Shown: positions 44,392-55,710, counted from the first letter of the stretch. The stretch is DNA of 61,239 nucleotides from an uncultured Fidelibacterota bacterium (GCA_902559415.1 CACEHW010000003.1:1-61239), one strand, 5' to 3'. Made by a program: numbers and translations. Notes: generated by a model from the sequence alone, not told the origin.

Positions 44392-46724
44392 AAACCCTGT
44401 TTAAAAAATACAGAATCAGCACCAATTGCCATCGTAGATTTACATATAATATTTACCTCTTTAGGTGGATTATCAAAATTATAAACTAGATCTACACTAA
44501 CAGTCTCTTCATTCTCTATCCCATATTTTACAGTATTCTTCCCTCTATAGGGGTCTATTTGCCCTTTTAGCTTTGTTTCATTTTCAACTCTTACAAGAGT
44601 AATTGCAGCAAAATCTAATGGCCAGTTTTTTTGGTTAGTTATCTCTAAATCTATAAAAACTTTATTATCTTTATTGCTCGCTCTTATCAATTCATACTTT
44701 ACATCACTAGCAACACCTACATTTCTTTTACAAGTCACTAAAACTGTGTCTTTATTTTCGCAATAAGATTCATTATCATTGACACTCAAAATAAATGTAT
44801 ATGTTTTATCTTGATTTAAATTTCTTGGATATAAAAAATACGGTGATTGTTTTTTGGACTCAATTGTGTCTAATGAGATATCATTATTAAGAACACTCCA
44901 ATTATACGCAATCTTACTATCTGAATCACTAGAGCCAGAACCATCAAGAAATACCATTTTATCAATTGGTGCAATAAAATCAGTACCTGCATCTACAATT
45001 GGTGGCTTGTCATTAATAATATTTACTACTACAGTATCATTATCATTTAAACCTGTTATATCAGTTACTGTTAGAACAAAAATCAATTCTCTATCTATAG
45101 TAGAGTCAGAAAAAGTATAATTTACTATAGATGTATCAAATACTATTGGTTTACTTTGATTCAATAGCTCCCATTTAAATTTTAATTCATCATTATCTGC
45201 ATCCCAAGATTTAGTCCCATCAAGCGTAAAGTTAGTATTGCAGCCATCACTAATTTTCAAATCATCACCAGCAATAGCAACCGGCTGGTCTTCCACTGGA
45301 GACACATTGATCCCAAAATCAAAATTTGTAGAGTCTATATTATCTGAAACAGTCAAAGATACTTTTAGATGTCCAAAGTAATTCTTTACTGGTTTAATAA
45401 TAAGTTTATCATCAATTATTTCAATTTTGGTGTTTTTATTAGCTCTTGATTTGAATATGTAACGATCACCTTCTATATCTTTAGCTGTGAGTTTCAATAT
45501 AAGCTCTGAATCTTCTTTCATAGATTGAGGTGCTATAGCTAAAATCCCTGGTAAGGGATTAATAAGCGTAATATTCGTATCAATTGAACTAGAACCATCA
45601 AATGTTTTTAATGTTAATGGGGCCGTTCCTTCATAATCTTTATTTGGTTTAACTATTAATAAATTATTTTTCATCGTTACTTTAGCGCTTGCATCAGTGT
45701 TTACACTATAAATTAAACTATCTCCATCAATATCATTAGCCAACAACTGAATATTTATTTTTTCTTGTTTTTCATCGGGGATAATTGAAGTAAGAACAGG
45801 AGCATCATTTACTGGTGTTACTCTTAAAAGAAAATTTATTTTTTCCTTTGATGTCCCATCATCAACATATACTAGCACATCTATTTCACCATTAAAATTA
45901 TTTTTTGGTGTCACAAGTAATTGCCTGCCATTTATTCTTACATCTGCATTTTCACCAGCGTCTGCGCTATATATAAGAGAATCTCCATCAACATCAGTTG
46001 CTGAAAGTAATAACTGCAATGAACTATCTTCTGCTATAGATTTAGAATCTATTGAGTCAAGTACTGGCGCATCATTTATTGGCATAACTTGTATCTTAAA
46101 TTCGGATTCCTCAGTATCTTTACCATCTGAAACAGCAATTGTAACATAAATAAGGCCATTGTAATTCTGATTTGGAATAACAGTCAACATGTCTCCTTCA
46201 GTCTCAACAATACCGTTCCCATCTATTGAAGCTCCATAAGTTAAATCATCTCCATCCATGTCTATTGCAAACAAATTCAAATATAATTCTGAATCTTCTT
46301 CAATAGACTGTTGTTCTATTTCTGCAAGCATCGGCTTGTCATTTACTGGAAGCACTTTTAATAAAAAACTCATGTCAAGTTTTAAATCAACAAAGATATA
46401 GCCATGAAAATCCTCTTTTGGAGTAATAATAAGTTGATTATTTTCCCTTTTAAGTGTTGCATTGCTATCGACTATGGCTTCGTAGGTCACAGATGACTCT
46501 GATAATGGTATACTAAGAATAAATTTTGTGTCTTCTAGAGTACTATGGGATCCCCGCATAAGAGTAGTAACCCATTTAGGAGCAGGAGCTTCACCAAAAA
46601 TCCAATCTTGAGTACGATCATCAATTTCATTAAGGTTGCTTTGCGCTAAAATATTATATGGATAAAATAAATAGCTAATAAAAAATATATATAAAAAAAT
46701 TCTAAATATTCTCAAGGATTTCAT
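44388..46724 (-). CDS. Secreted tandem cadherin-like/Ig and PKD-repeat protein
   Basis: Signal peptide from ATG 46724; repeats V.PVNDAP.L...ED...A.D.DGD.L.Y; two PKD-like P.A.AG.D...LDG..S.D.D units. Confidence 0.85.
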
Positions 46725-47427
46725 TTTTTGATTTAATGAACGCATCAAAATATATTTCAACTCTTCTATTTTGAGCTCTAGCTTCTTCAATTAGAGCTCT
46801 ATCTTTTATATTATTTATATTAATCTTTGGACGAAATTCACCATACCCGAGTGCTGAAAAATAATGTTGATCCATCTCGGCAAGTTCACTAAGTCGTTGA
46901 ACTAAGTTTAAAGCTCGAGCCGAGCTTAATTCCCAATTGTTCCTAAAATTAGAATTCATTGGAATTGGCTTATCATCAGTATGCCCCTCTGCTCTTATTT
47001 CAATGTTTAATGTATCTTCGCCTCGACTAATTCTTTCTAATAATGGTTTCCAACGTTCCTGAGAATAAATATTCATTAATGTGGAGGTACGTATTATCCC
47101 ACCAATCTGAACTAATATTGGATCTGCTTCTGGATTTAAATCTGCAGATAAAGATTTAAATAATTTTGAACCAGTGAGAGTGATTTTTATTCCTTTAGTC
47201 ACTCTCTCTATTTCTACTAAATTATTTTGCTGAAGAGGCCTTAATTCTCTTTCTGTTTCATTTAAAATAATATTGACTAATCTGTCAACATGGGATTCAG
47301 CATCATTGAGAATTACGAGCAGTAAAACAAAAAAAGTTAAGAGCAAAGTTGTTAGATCTGCGAATGTTAAAGCCCAAGCTGTAGTTTTAGCTCTAGCTTC
47401 TTCTTGAGATATTGATTTTCTCTGCAA
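46702..47427 (-). CDS. motB: MotB-family stator protein with OmpA-like PG-binding domain
   Basis: WALTFADLTTLLLTFFVLL (conserved Asp), EGHTDD, NWELSSARA, GYGEFRP, NRRVEI. Confidence 0.9.
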   Translation of the reverse strand: MQRKSISQEEARAKTTAWALTFADLTTLLLTFFVLLLVILNDAESHVDRLVNIILNETERELRPLQQNNLVEIERVTKGIKITLTGSKLFKSLSADLNPEADPILVQIGGIIRTSTLMNIYSQERWKPLLERISRGEDTLNIEIRAEGHTDDKPIPMNSNFRNNWELSSARALNLVQRLSELAEMDQHYFSALGYGEFRPKININNIKDRALIEEARAQNRRVEIYFDAFIKSKNEILENI

Positions 47428-47429
47428 AG

Positions 47430-48308
47430 CTATTTCTCTTTTTCTTCAAGAGCATTTCTTTCAGACATCGCAACGAAAGTCATTAATTTTTCTTTAATCA
47501 AGATAGGATGCTCCCTGCCATGTATACTTATAATCCCTTCCAAAACTATATTTTTTAACATAATCTCATTCTCAGATCTTCTTTTTAATTTTCCAGCTAT
47601 AGGAAGGAATACCATATTAGCTAAAAACACTCCGTAAAAAGTTGTAATTAATGCTGTCCCCATTCCGGTTAAAAGTGAAGAAAATTGATCTGCTACATTA
47701 AAATCGATTGAAGATGTTTCACCAGACATTTGAAATTTATTCATCATAATAATTAGCCCTAAGACTGTGCCCAACATGCCAAATGCTGGAGCATAGGCTG
47801 CCATATATAGAATAATCTCTTGAGCGCCAATATGACGAGTAGAAATATTATTAAGATCCATTGTAAGAAAAGTTCTTAGTCTACTACTATCTCTTTCGTT
47901 TATGGCTAACTCAACACCATTCCTCAAAAAGACACTATCTATTTCATTTAAATCTGCTTCTAAAGATAATAACCCGTCTTTACGTGATTTTTCAGCAAGG
48001 ATTACAATTTTATCAATAGTACCAGTAAAATCAAAATTTTCAGATAGTATTACATTTTTGAAAACACTACCTATATTTAAAACAGCTTTAATAGGGTAAT
48101 TAACTAGAGTTGCAGATAAAACTCCTCCAAGGACAATAAAAACAGACTGTGGTTGGAAAAACCAAATTAACTGCTCGAACCGCCACGAATCACCAGTAGA
48201 CAAAATAATATCACCTCGGTCAACCTCAGGCCATATCATTGAAACAAAAATACAAAAAAGGCCTGCAGCTAGACCAATAATTGTACCAAAATCAAATTGT
48301 GATTTCAT
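47430..48308 (-). CDS. motA: MotA-family stator protein
   Basis: FIVLGG, RKDGLLSLE, APAFGMLGTVLGLI, ALITTFYG..LAN..FLPIAGKL, EGI.SI..G.HP. Confidence 0.92.
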   Translation of the reverse strand: MKSQFDFGTIIGLAAGLFCIFVSMIWPEVDRGDIILSTGDSWRFEQLIWFFQPQSVFIVLGGVLSATLVNYPIKAVLNIGSVFKNVILSENFDFTGTIDKIVILAEKSRKDGLLSLEADLNEIDSVFLRNGVELAINERDSSRLRTFLTMDLNNISTRHIGAQEIILYMAAYAPAFGMLGTVLGLIIMMNKFQMSGETSSIDFNVADQFSSLLTGMGTALITTFYGVFLANMVFLPIAGKLKRRSENEIMLKNIVLEGIISIHGREHPILIKEKLMTFVAMSERNALEEKEK

Positions 48309-48337
48309 TTTAACACCAATTTTTTATGCATAAAATA

Positions 48338-49183
48338 TCAATCTCTATCTCTATTTTTTGACATTTTCTTACTTGCTTCATATAATTTACTTTGCTCTTC
48401 ATTGGATAATCCACTAAAACCAACAGCTTTTATTTTTTCTAAAATTTTATCAACATCTTTGTTGATAATATTATTCTTTAAGTCCCTATCTTCCTTCCTT
48501 TGAACTTGAAATTCAATAGTTTTTTTCCTTAATGCAAATAGAACATCCGATAAGCGCAACTTCTTTTTTAGCAAAATATAGCCAACTAGCATCCCAGATA
48601 TATGAGTCACATGACTAATACCATCAGCTTTACCAAGTAATCCAAAAAAAGCAATAGAACCCATAATTATTACTAACCACATTGAACGTACAGGAATCAA
48701 TCCCCATATGTATAATACCCTATTGGGATACGACAGCCCATAAGCTAATAATATACCATAAACAGCTCCACTAGCCCCAATTACTGGATTGTCAGAATTC
48801 ATTTGAAAAAGATAAGTTATGAGCCCAGAACCGATACCCGTTATAAAATAATATTTTAAAAATTTATTCTTACCCCATGCCTGTTCTAGTTCTCTGCCAA
48901 AGACCCAGAGTCCTAACATATTTAATAAAATATGTGATATCCCTACATTAGAATAAAATGGGGCATGAAAGAACATATAAGTAAACGGTTGCCATAACAT
49001 TAAATCCGAAATAAATACATTTGGCACTAGTCCAAATAACCTAAAAAAAATATCTTCTTTCCCAGCTAGTGATTGCAAAACATATATAATACAATTAATT
49101 GATATTAAAAATTTTATCGCATCAGTAAATAATTGAGGCTTATATGTAGCCTCTCCAGGGTTAAACTGTAATCTATATTTCAT
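48338..49183 (-). CDS. Rhomboid intramembrane serine protease
   Basis: WQPFTYMFFH, HILLNM, IGASGAVYG, HISGMLVG; soluble C-terminal VDKILEKI...G domain. Confidence 0.93.
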   Translation of the reverse strand: MKYRLQFNPGEATYKPQLFTDAIKFLISINCIIYVLQSLAGKEDIFFRLFGLVPNVFISDLMLWQPFTYMFFHAPFYSNVGISHILLNMLGLWVFGRELEQAWGKNKFLKYYFITGIGSGLITYLFQMNSDNPVIGASGAVYGILLAYGLSYPNRVLYIWGLIPVRSMWLVIIMGSIAFFGLLGKADGISHVTHISGMLVGYILLKKKLRLSDVLFALRKKTIEFQVQRKEDRDLKNNIINKDVDKILEKIKAVGFSGLSNEEQSKLYEASKKMSKNRDRD

Positions 49184-49237
49184 AAATTGTTTTAAATATA
49201 ATATAATATTAGAAAAAATATCTTAATTATATATCTC

Positions 49238-49930
49238 CTAACCATTGTAAAAAATATCTTTAATTACTTGAAAAGATTTCATTCTTTCAAAACCTTCAAA
49301 GTGATAACATAATTTATGATACAAAAATTGAGAGACATCTTTATTTTCTTTTTTTGAAAGATTGCCGATGTCTTTTATTGAAAGATTTCCTTTAATCAAA
49401 TTTTGTAGTACTAAAAAACTAGAATCTGTTTTTTTTAATCTAGAAGGCCCCTGAATAAATTCTTGATTATCTTCAATATCAATTAAAAACCCCATCTCAG
49501 ATAGAACTTTACATTCATAATGCCAAAAAACAATATTTTCATCAAAATCATCATTTTCAAAATATAAAAATGTTTTAATTAATATTTTAAATAGATTAGG
49601 GTAGGGGTCATTTTTCTCTAGTGTGAAATCTGATATTTCAAGCACAGATTGAGAGAGAGTCATTTTTTTTAATGATAGGGGAATTTTCGTCCATATTTTA
49701 ACAAAAGATACTTTTGAAACAATCTGTAATTCTCTCTTTTCATTTTCATTAAAAATAATATTAATATAACTAAGAGGTTGAAAATAAGGTGCTATTAAAT
49801 TCTTTTTTGCTTTTGCTCCCTTTATAATAAATGAAATTTTTCCTCTATCTTCAGTGAAACATCTTGAGATCAAACTTGTTTCACCATAAGAAAATGTTTT
49901 CAATACAATTGCATTAGTATTGATAATCAT
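49238..49930 (-). CDS. recO: DNA repair protein RecO
   Basis: AIVLK...YGETSLI...FT...GKI....KGA, FQPL. Confidence 0.88.
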   Translation of the reverse strand: MIINTNAIVLKTFSYGETSLISRCFTEDRGKISFIIKGAKAKKNLIAPYFQPLSYINIIFNENEKRELQIVSKVSFVKIWTKIPLSLKKMTLSQSVLEISDFTLEKNDPYPNLFKILIKTFLYFENDDFDENIVFWHYECKVLSEMGFLIDIEDNQEFIQGPSRLKKTDSSFLVLQNLIKGNLSIKDIGNLSKKENKDVSQFLYHKLCYHFEGFERMKSFQVIKDIFYNG

Positions 49931-49946
49931 AGTGTAATGATCTTAA

Positions 49947-51410
49947 TTAATAGGCTTTCGCATAAATAACTTCGTGCTTAGCTAACTCGCCAGAATAAAC
50001 ACAAGTTAAGCCTTCAGGCTTCTCGTCAAAAGGAATGCACCTTATTGTCGCTTTTGTTTCTTCTTTAATTTTTAGTTCGGTTTTTTGACTACCATCCCAA
50101 CCACATTTTACAAAACCACCTTGTTTTATAATCTCTTTAAAATCGTTATAATTTTCTACATTATGTGTGTTTTCATTTCTGAAAACTTTTGCTTGATTAA
50201 ATAAATTATTTTGGATTTCATCAAGTATAGTTTTAAGCGAATCTCTTATTTCATCTCTTGAAATAGATAGTTTTTCTGAATTATCTCTTCGAGCTATAAC
50301 TAATTTATTTGACTCAACATCTCTAGGACCTATCTCCATTCTAACAGGGACTCCTTTTAATTCCCACTCATTGAATTTAAAGCCAGGAGAAGAGTCACTC
50401 CAGTCAATAAAATATCGTATCCCCAATTGTTTTAACTCAATCTCGATCGAAGTAATATATTTCTCAACTAATTCTCGCTGTTCTGTATTCCTAAAAATCG
50501 GTATTAATACAGTTTGTATAGGCGCAATTTTTGGCGGAATCCTTAAGCCATTTTTATCACCGTGAGCAAGTATTACAGCACCAATAAGACGAGTACTTAT
50601 ACCCCAACTAGTAGCCCAGACATATTCTTCATTATTATCTTCAGTTTGAAATTTTACATCAAAAGCCTTAGCAAAATTTTGTCCTAAATTGTGCGAAGTT
50701 CCTGCCTGCAACGCTCTTTTATCAAGCATCATAGCTTCAATGCAATATGTTTTATCTGCACCAGCAAATTTCTCAGCATCAGTTTTTAATCCTGTATAGA
50801 CAGGAATAGCTAGGTACTCCTCAGCTAAACGCTTGTAAAGATCTAAAATATCTAATGTCTCTTTTTGTGCTTCTTCTTTTGTTTTATGAGCAGTATGCCC
50901 CTCTTGCCATAAAAATTCTGTAGTCCTAAGAAAAAGTCGAGTTCTCATTTCCCATCTTACTACATTCGCCCATTGATTTATAAGAATAGGTAAATCTCGA
51001 TAGGATTGTATCCACTTTTTATACATTGACCAGATTACAGTTTCAGAAGTTGGTCTTATAATTACCTCTTCTTCTAGTCGAGAATCAGGATCTACCACTA
51101 TTTCATCATTCTCTGATTTTAATCTAGTATGAGTAACAACAGCGCATTCTTTCGCAAATCCATCTACATGTTCTGCCTCTTTTGCAAGGAATGACTTTGG
51201 GATCAATAATGGGAAATATGCATTTACATGGCCTGTTTTTTTTATCATTCCATCAAAAACATCTTTTACATTTTCCCAAAGTTGGAAGCCATATGGTTTT
51301 ATCACCATTGTACCTTTTACAGGACCATAATCAGCTAATCCTGCTTTTGTTACTACATCTGTATACCAATTTGATATTTCAGAGTCAATATTTGGAAGTT
51401 TTTTACTCAT
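49947..51410 (-). CDS. proS: Proline-tRNA ligase (archaeal/eukaryote-type)
   Basis: RPTSET, QWANVVRWEMRTRLFLRT.EFLWQEGH, LQAGTSHNLGQNF; C-terminal AKAY. Confidence 0.98.
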   Translation of the reverse strand: MSKKLPNIDSEISNWYTDVVTKAGLADYGPVKGTMVIKPYGFQLWENVKDVFDGMIKKTGHVNAYFPLLIPKSFLAKEAEHVDGFAKECAVVTHTRLKSENDEIVVDPDSRLEEEVIIRPTSETVIWSMYKKWIQSYRDLPILINQWANVVRWEMRTRLFLRTTEFLWQEGHTAHKTKEEAQKETLDILDLYKRLAEEYLAIPVYTGLKTDAEKFAGADKTYCIEAMMLDKRALQAGTSHNLGQNFAKAFDVKFQTEDNNEEYVWATSWGISTRLIGAVILAHGDKNGLRIPPKIAPIQTVLIPIFRNTEQRELVEKYITSIEIELKQLGIRYFIDWSDSSPGFKFNEWELKGVPVRMEIGPRDVESNKLVIARRDNSEKLSISRDEIRDSLKTILDEIQNNLFNQAKVFRNENTHNVENYNDFKEIIKQGGFVKCGWDGSQKTELKIKEETKATIRCIPFDEKPEGLTCVYSGELAKHEVIYAKAY

Positions 51411-51526
51411 TAGATAATTATATTTCTATTTGTTAAAACAAAATTACCGGGTTAAGATGATTTGGCCAAGTTCTTTGCCAGTTTTTTTCAATTACTTTTG
51501 AAAGTTATATAATAGAAATTCAAACA

Positions 51527-52276
51527 ATGCTAAGTGTAAAAAGATTAAAACAAATCCAGTTTTTAAAAACTAAAAAAGGACGCTTAAAAGAAAAATTGTT
51601 TTTGATTGAAGGTAAAAGGTCAGTAGAAAATTATATTCTTAAAAGCAATCTAGTTGAAGAAATAGTTATATCAGATTCAGAAATTGGATATAATAAACCA
51701 ATAATTGATCTATGCATTCAAAAAAAGATAAAACTTATAACTGTATCGAATAAAATAATTTCAAAACTTTCAGATACAAAGACTCCTTCAGGTCTTATTG
51801 GTATTTGTAAAATACTAACACCAGGAAAAATAGACTTAAATGCTAAAAGATGGTTGTACCTTCATAAAATAAAAGACCCTGGTAATATGGGGACTCTATT
51901 AAGAACTGCAGCTTGGTTTAATATTAAAAACATTGCTCTGTCAGTTGACTCTGCTGATCCTTTTAATAATAAAGTAGTTAGATCTGCTATGGGGGCACAT
52001 ACTTATATAAATATCTATCAGAAAATGGATATTAATACCTTTATTAAAAAAGATTATTTATTAATTGGCGCAGATCAAAATGGTAAAAGCCAGTTGGAAA
52101 ACTCTGAATACTCTAAAAAAATAATGCTATGCCTTGGGAGTGAAGCAGAAGGTTTTGATAGGTCTTTTAAAAACAATCTAGATAGACTTATATCAATAAA
52201 AAAAACTGGACAAGGCGAATCGTTAAATGTCGCAATAGCAGGATCAATATTAATGAATGAGATCTCTATAAAATAA
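51527..52276 (+). CDS. SpoU/TrmH-family RNA methyltransferase
   Basis: FLIEG, DPGNMGTLLRTA, KVVRSAMG, GSEAEG, ESLNVAIAGSI. Confidence 0.95.
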   Translation: MLSVKRLKQIQFLKTKKGRLKEKLFLIEGKRSVENYILKSNLVEEIVISDSEIGYNKPIIDLCIQKKIKLITVSNKIISKLSDTKTPSGLIGICKILTPGKIDLNAKRWLYLHKIKDPGNMGTLLRTAAWFNIKNIALSVDSADPFNNKVVRSAMGAHTYINIYQKMDINTFIKKDYLLIGADQNGKSQLENSEYSKKIMLCLGSEAEGFDRSFKNNLDRLISIKKTGQGESLNVAIAGSILMNEISIK

Positions 52277-52304
52277 AACGGGTATCATAAAAGACGCCCC
52301 GTTT
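52276..52304. terminator. Hairpin or terminator after the TrmH gene
   Basis: AAACGGG...CCCGTTT inverted repeat flanked by A/T runs. Confidence 0.55.
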
Positions 52305-52420
52305 ATAGTGCTGGTTAATTAGAGTACTTTATCATAATCTTTCTGATATCGTAAAACAACGGATTATTTAATATTTTCGGTTACAATTCATGTTTTTTTA
52401 ATGAAAAATGAATACCGTAA

Positions 52421-52438
52421 GTTTCAATTAATTGAAAC
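52421..52438. promoter_or_regulatory. Perfect 18-bp palindrome (candidate operator)
   Basis: GTTTCAATTAATTGAAAC, 18 nt upstream of the CPBP ATG. Confidence 0.5.
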
Positions 52439-52456
52439 AATAAGAACCTGATTTTA

Positions 52457-53248
52457 ATGAGAAGCACAGTTAGACTTGGAGGCGTAGTTGGCGTCGTAAT
52501 TTTATCGGTAATATCTGCATTTGTTATTGGCGGTATTATCATGGGGATTTTTGCATCTGACCCTGAAGAAATGAATAAATTTTACTTATACCTCTCATTC
52601 TTCTTAGGACAAGGAGTAATCATACTTCCCCCAATTTATTACTTAAATATTAAAAAAAAGCCAATATTGAACTCGTTTAGATTAAATCCAATACCAACTA
52701 AAACACTTCAAAGTTCTGCTGTCTTTAGTTTAGGCGTGATAATTATTTTTGATACCTTTGATCGAATTCTACATCAATTAGTCCCTACTCCAGATTACAT
52801 TATTGACCTAGGAAATATTATGCAGCCTGATTCTACATTGGGTTTTATATTTTTATTTCTTGCTGTTGTGATAATGGCGCCTATTGGGGAGGAAATAGTT
52901 TTTCGAGGATTTTTACAAAAATTTTTGGAAGAACACTGGAAGGATATCACGCGAGCTGTCTTAGTTACAAGTTTGTTTTTTGCAATGATACACTTCAACC
53001 CATTTTGGACCGTTCAAATTTATTTATTAGGAGTAATCCTTGGGTTTCTATCATGGAAAACGAACTCTATAATCCCAAGTATCGTATTACATAGTATGAA
53101 TAATGGTATTGCTTTTATTTTAACAGTTTTTGATGAATCTGATCTTGGTATATACCTCTGGAATGAGAATGTATCTCCGATATTCATAGCCATTGCTATT
53201 TATTTAATTTATAGTGGTTTTAAAAACATAACCCCGATTGAGAAATAA
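52457..53248 (+). CDS. CPBP (CAAX/Abi) intramembrane glutamic protease
   Basis: APIGEEIVFRG, FAMIH, SIVLHSMNN. Confidence 0.93.
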   Translation: MRSTVRLGGVVGVVILSVISAFVIGGIIMGIFASDPEEMNKFYLYLSFFLGQGVIILPPIYYLNIKKKPILNSFRLNPIPTKTLQSSAVFSLGVIIIFDTFDRILHQLVPTPDYIIDLGNIMQPDSTLGFIFLFLAVVIMAPIGEEIVFRGFLQKFLEEHWKDITRAVLVTSLFFAMIHFNPFWTVQIYLLGVILGFLSWKTNSIIPSIVLHSMNNGIAFILTVFDESDLGIYLWNENVSPIFIAIAIYLIYSGFKNITPIEK

Positions 53249-53249
53249 T

Positions 53250-54620
53250 ATGCGAAAGGAGATGTTTGACCATGAAATAAATATATTAAGGGATACCTAC
53301 CGAAGACTCTTAAGAAGAAATGCAAAAATAAATTTAATTAAACTCACAAGTAAAACTCACCCTGCTGACCTTGCAGTAGTATTTAGACATTTTCAGGATG
53401 AAGAACAATTGGAGATATTTTCATTAATGAAAGAGAGTGAGCATACTGCAGAATTTTTAAGCGAATTGGATGATGCTCTAGTAAATGAATTATTAGAAAA
53501 TGAAAGCTATGAACGAATAGCTGCAATAATTGAAAAAGCGTCAACTAATGATCAAAGTGGAATCCTAAATATTCTAGATGATGAAAAAGCTAAATCGATA
53601 ATAGAATTATTAAATGTTGAAGAACAAGAAGAAATAGCTGAGATCATGGGATATCCAGATGATAGTGCTGGAGCATTGATGAATACCGAAGTTTTTACCT
53701 TACATGAAAGCATTACAGCTGGTGAAGCAATTAAAACACTCCAAGACCAAGAAGGCGCTGAAATGGTGTTCTATTTATATATCACTGATGATGATGATAG
53801 ATTAGTTGGGATAATTTCATTAAGAGCACTTACTACTACCTCCTCTAGCACGACACTAAAAGATATAATGATAAAAAATGTACACTCAATTAGGCCGGAG
53901 ACAGACCAAGAAGAAGTTGCAAAAATAGTAGCTCAATATAATTTTTTAGCAGTACCAGTCCTAGATCCCGATTCAAAATTGCTTGGAATAGTTACAGTCG
54001 ATGATGTTGTAGATGTAATAAGAGAAGAGGCAACTGAAGATTTCTTACGAATGGCTGGTGCAGGTAAAGATAGAGAGATATTATTAAAATCTAGTTGGGA
54101 AAACGCTAAAACCAGACTGCCTTGGTTATTTGCTAGTTGGATAGGGGGAATAATAGCTGCTTCCTTAATTGGCATTTTTGAAAATATGTTAGAAAATATA
54201 ATTGCTTTAGCTGCCTTTATACCTGTCATTCTAGGAATGGGTGGGAATATAGCAACTCAGTCTTCAACAATAATAGTTAGAGGAATGGCGACTGGAAGAG
54301 TTAATTTAGGTGGAGAAATAAAATTAATTTTAAAAGAAGCTCAAGTCGGATTGATTCTTGGGACATTATATGGAGTGTTACTAGGACTTTTTGCTAGGTT
54401 TATTTTTTCTGATGCTCCAGAAAACTTAGGATTTGTTGTTGGACTTAGTATTTGTGCTTCAATGATTGTAGCAGCAACAGTGGGCACTATAATACCATTA
54501 ATTCTAAGAAAACTAGATATAGATCCTGCCGTTGCAACTGGTCCATTTGTTACTACTAGTATAGATATTTTAGGAGTTCTTTTTTACTTTTTGATTGCTG
54601 GATTATTTTTACAGATATAA
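53250..54620 (+). CDS. mgtE: Magnesium transporter MgtE
   Basis: HPADLA, CBS pair, RLPWL, GGNIATQS, DPAVATGPFVTT..D. Confidence 0.96.
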   Translation: MRKEMFDHEINILRDTYRRLLRRNAKINLIKLTSKTHPADLAVVFRHFQDEEQLEIFSLMKESEHTAEFLSELDDALVNELLENESYERIAAIIEKASTNDQSGILNILDDEKAKSIIELLNVEEQEEIAEIMGYPDDSAGALMNTEVFTLHESITAGEAIKTLQDQEGAEMVFYLYITDDDDRLVGIISLRALTTTSSSTTLKDIMIKNVHSIRPETDQEEVAKIVAQYNFLAVPVLDPDSKLLGIVTVDDVVDVIREEATEDFLRMAGAGKDREILLKSSWENAKTRLPWLFASWIGGIIAASLIGIFENMLENIIALAAFIPVILGMGGNIATQSSTIIVRGMATGRVNLGGEIKLILKEAQVGLILGTLYGVLLGLFARFIFSDAPENLGFVVGLSICASMIVAATVGTIIPLILRKLDIDPAVATGPFVTTSIDILGVLFYFLIAGLFLQI

Positions 54621-54621
54621 C

Positions 54622-55710
54622 ATGGATCTAGTATTATTACTTGGGGCAACTCCATATTTCTGTTTTGTTGTCATTATTATATCTGGATTACTTTTTAGGC
54701 AAAAACACTCGAATGAACATGGTCAAAGTTTACCTTTCGTTTCAGTAGTTATCGCCGCAAGAAATGAAGAAAAAAATATATCTAACCTATTAGATGATCT
54801 AATTAAGCAAACAATTGATAAAAATAATTTTGAAGTCATTGTTTCAAATGACAGATCAAAAGATAAAACAGGTCAAATTATTAATGATTATTCTAAAAAA
54901 TTTGAATTTGTAAAGTGTATTCATATTACAAAGAAAAAAGATATGGCATCAAAAAAATATGCATTAGAGCAGGCTATAAAAAATTCTAAAGGTGAAATTA
55001 TATTAGCAACTGATGCAGATTGTCGGGTTTCTAAACATTGGGCGACATCAATGGCAAACCTTGTAAATAAAACAAATAAAGTTGTTATCGGATACTCCAA
55101 AATTAAAAGTAGAACAACATTAATTAATGAAATTCAAAAAATTGACTTTTTAGGAATAATGGCATCTAACGGGGGATTATTAACAAACGGTATTATCTGT
55201 TCCGGTTCTGGACAAAACCTTGCTTACAAAAAAGAAGATTTTTTTAGAATCGGAGGGTTTGAACCTGTTAAAGACAAAGAGTCTGGAGATGATATGTATA
55301 TTGTGCAGGCCATCTCAAAATTAAGGGGAGCAGTTTTTAATTATGATGAAAATAGTTTTGTCTCTACCTTACCCAAAAAGACAATATTAGGATATATAAA
55401 TCAAAGAATAAGGTGGTCCTCAAACTCAAAACTTACTTTATTTACTAGTCCATTATTCTTTTGTTTTCTAGTATCAGCTTTTGCAGCAAACATAACCATA
55501 TTAGTTTCTTTAATCATATCTTTATACATTACCTCAATATTATTTTTTATAAAATTATTACTCGAAGCAATTGTCCTTTACATAGGCTCTAAATTATTTT
55601 TAACAAAAATCTCAATCTTATCTTATATATCTTGGAGCCTAACCCAGCCATTATACATTCTTTTAGTAGGGATAGGTGGATTAATCGGTAAATTTTCATG
55701 GAAAAAATAA
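54622..55710 (+). CDS. Membrane glycosyltransferase family 2
   Basis: SVVIAARNEE, TDADC, SGDD, QRIRW; flanking TMs. Confidence 0.9.
   Translation: MDLVLLLGATPYFCFVVIIISGLLFRQKHSNEHGQSLPFVSVVIAARNEEKNISNLLDDLIKQTIDKNNFEVIVSNDRSKDKTGQIINDYSKKFEFVKCIHITKKKDMASKKYALEQAIKNSKGEIILATDADCRVSKHWATSMANLVNKTNKVVIGYSKIKSRTTLINEIQKIDFLGIMASNGGLLTNGIICSGSGQNLAYKKEDFFRIGGFEPVKDKESGDDMYIVQAISKLRGAVFNYDENSFVSTLPKKTILGYINQRIRWSSNSKLTLFTSPLFFCFLVSAFAANITILVSLIISLYITSILFFIKLLLEAIVLYIGSKLFLTKISILSYISWSLTQPLYILLVGIGGLIGKFSWKK

Noticed and set aside
46702-48308. Zorya ZorA/ZorB defence system
   Set aside because: MotA lacks the long cytoplasmic ZorA tail, and no ZorC/D/E genes are adjacent.
49947-51410. Eukaryote/archaeal-type ProRS as evidence of recent HGT
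   Set aside because: This form is normal in FCB-group bacteria.
51463-51488. Small hairpin TGGCCAAG-TT-CTTTGCCA plus T-run between proS and the TrmH gene
   Set aside because: Weak mismatched stem in a divergent promoter region, with no upstream plus-strand gene to terminate.
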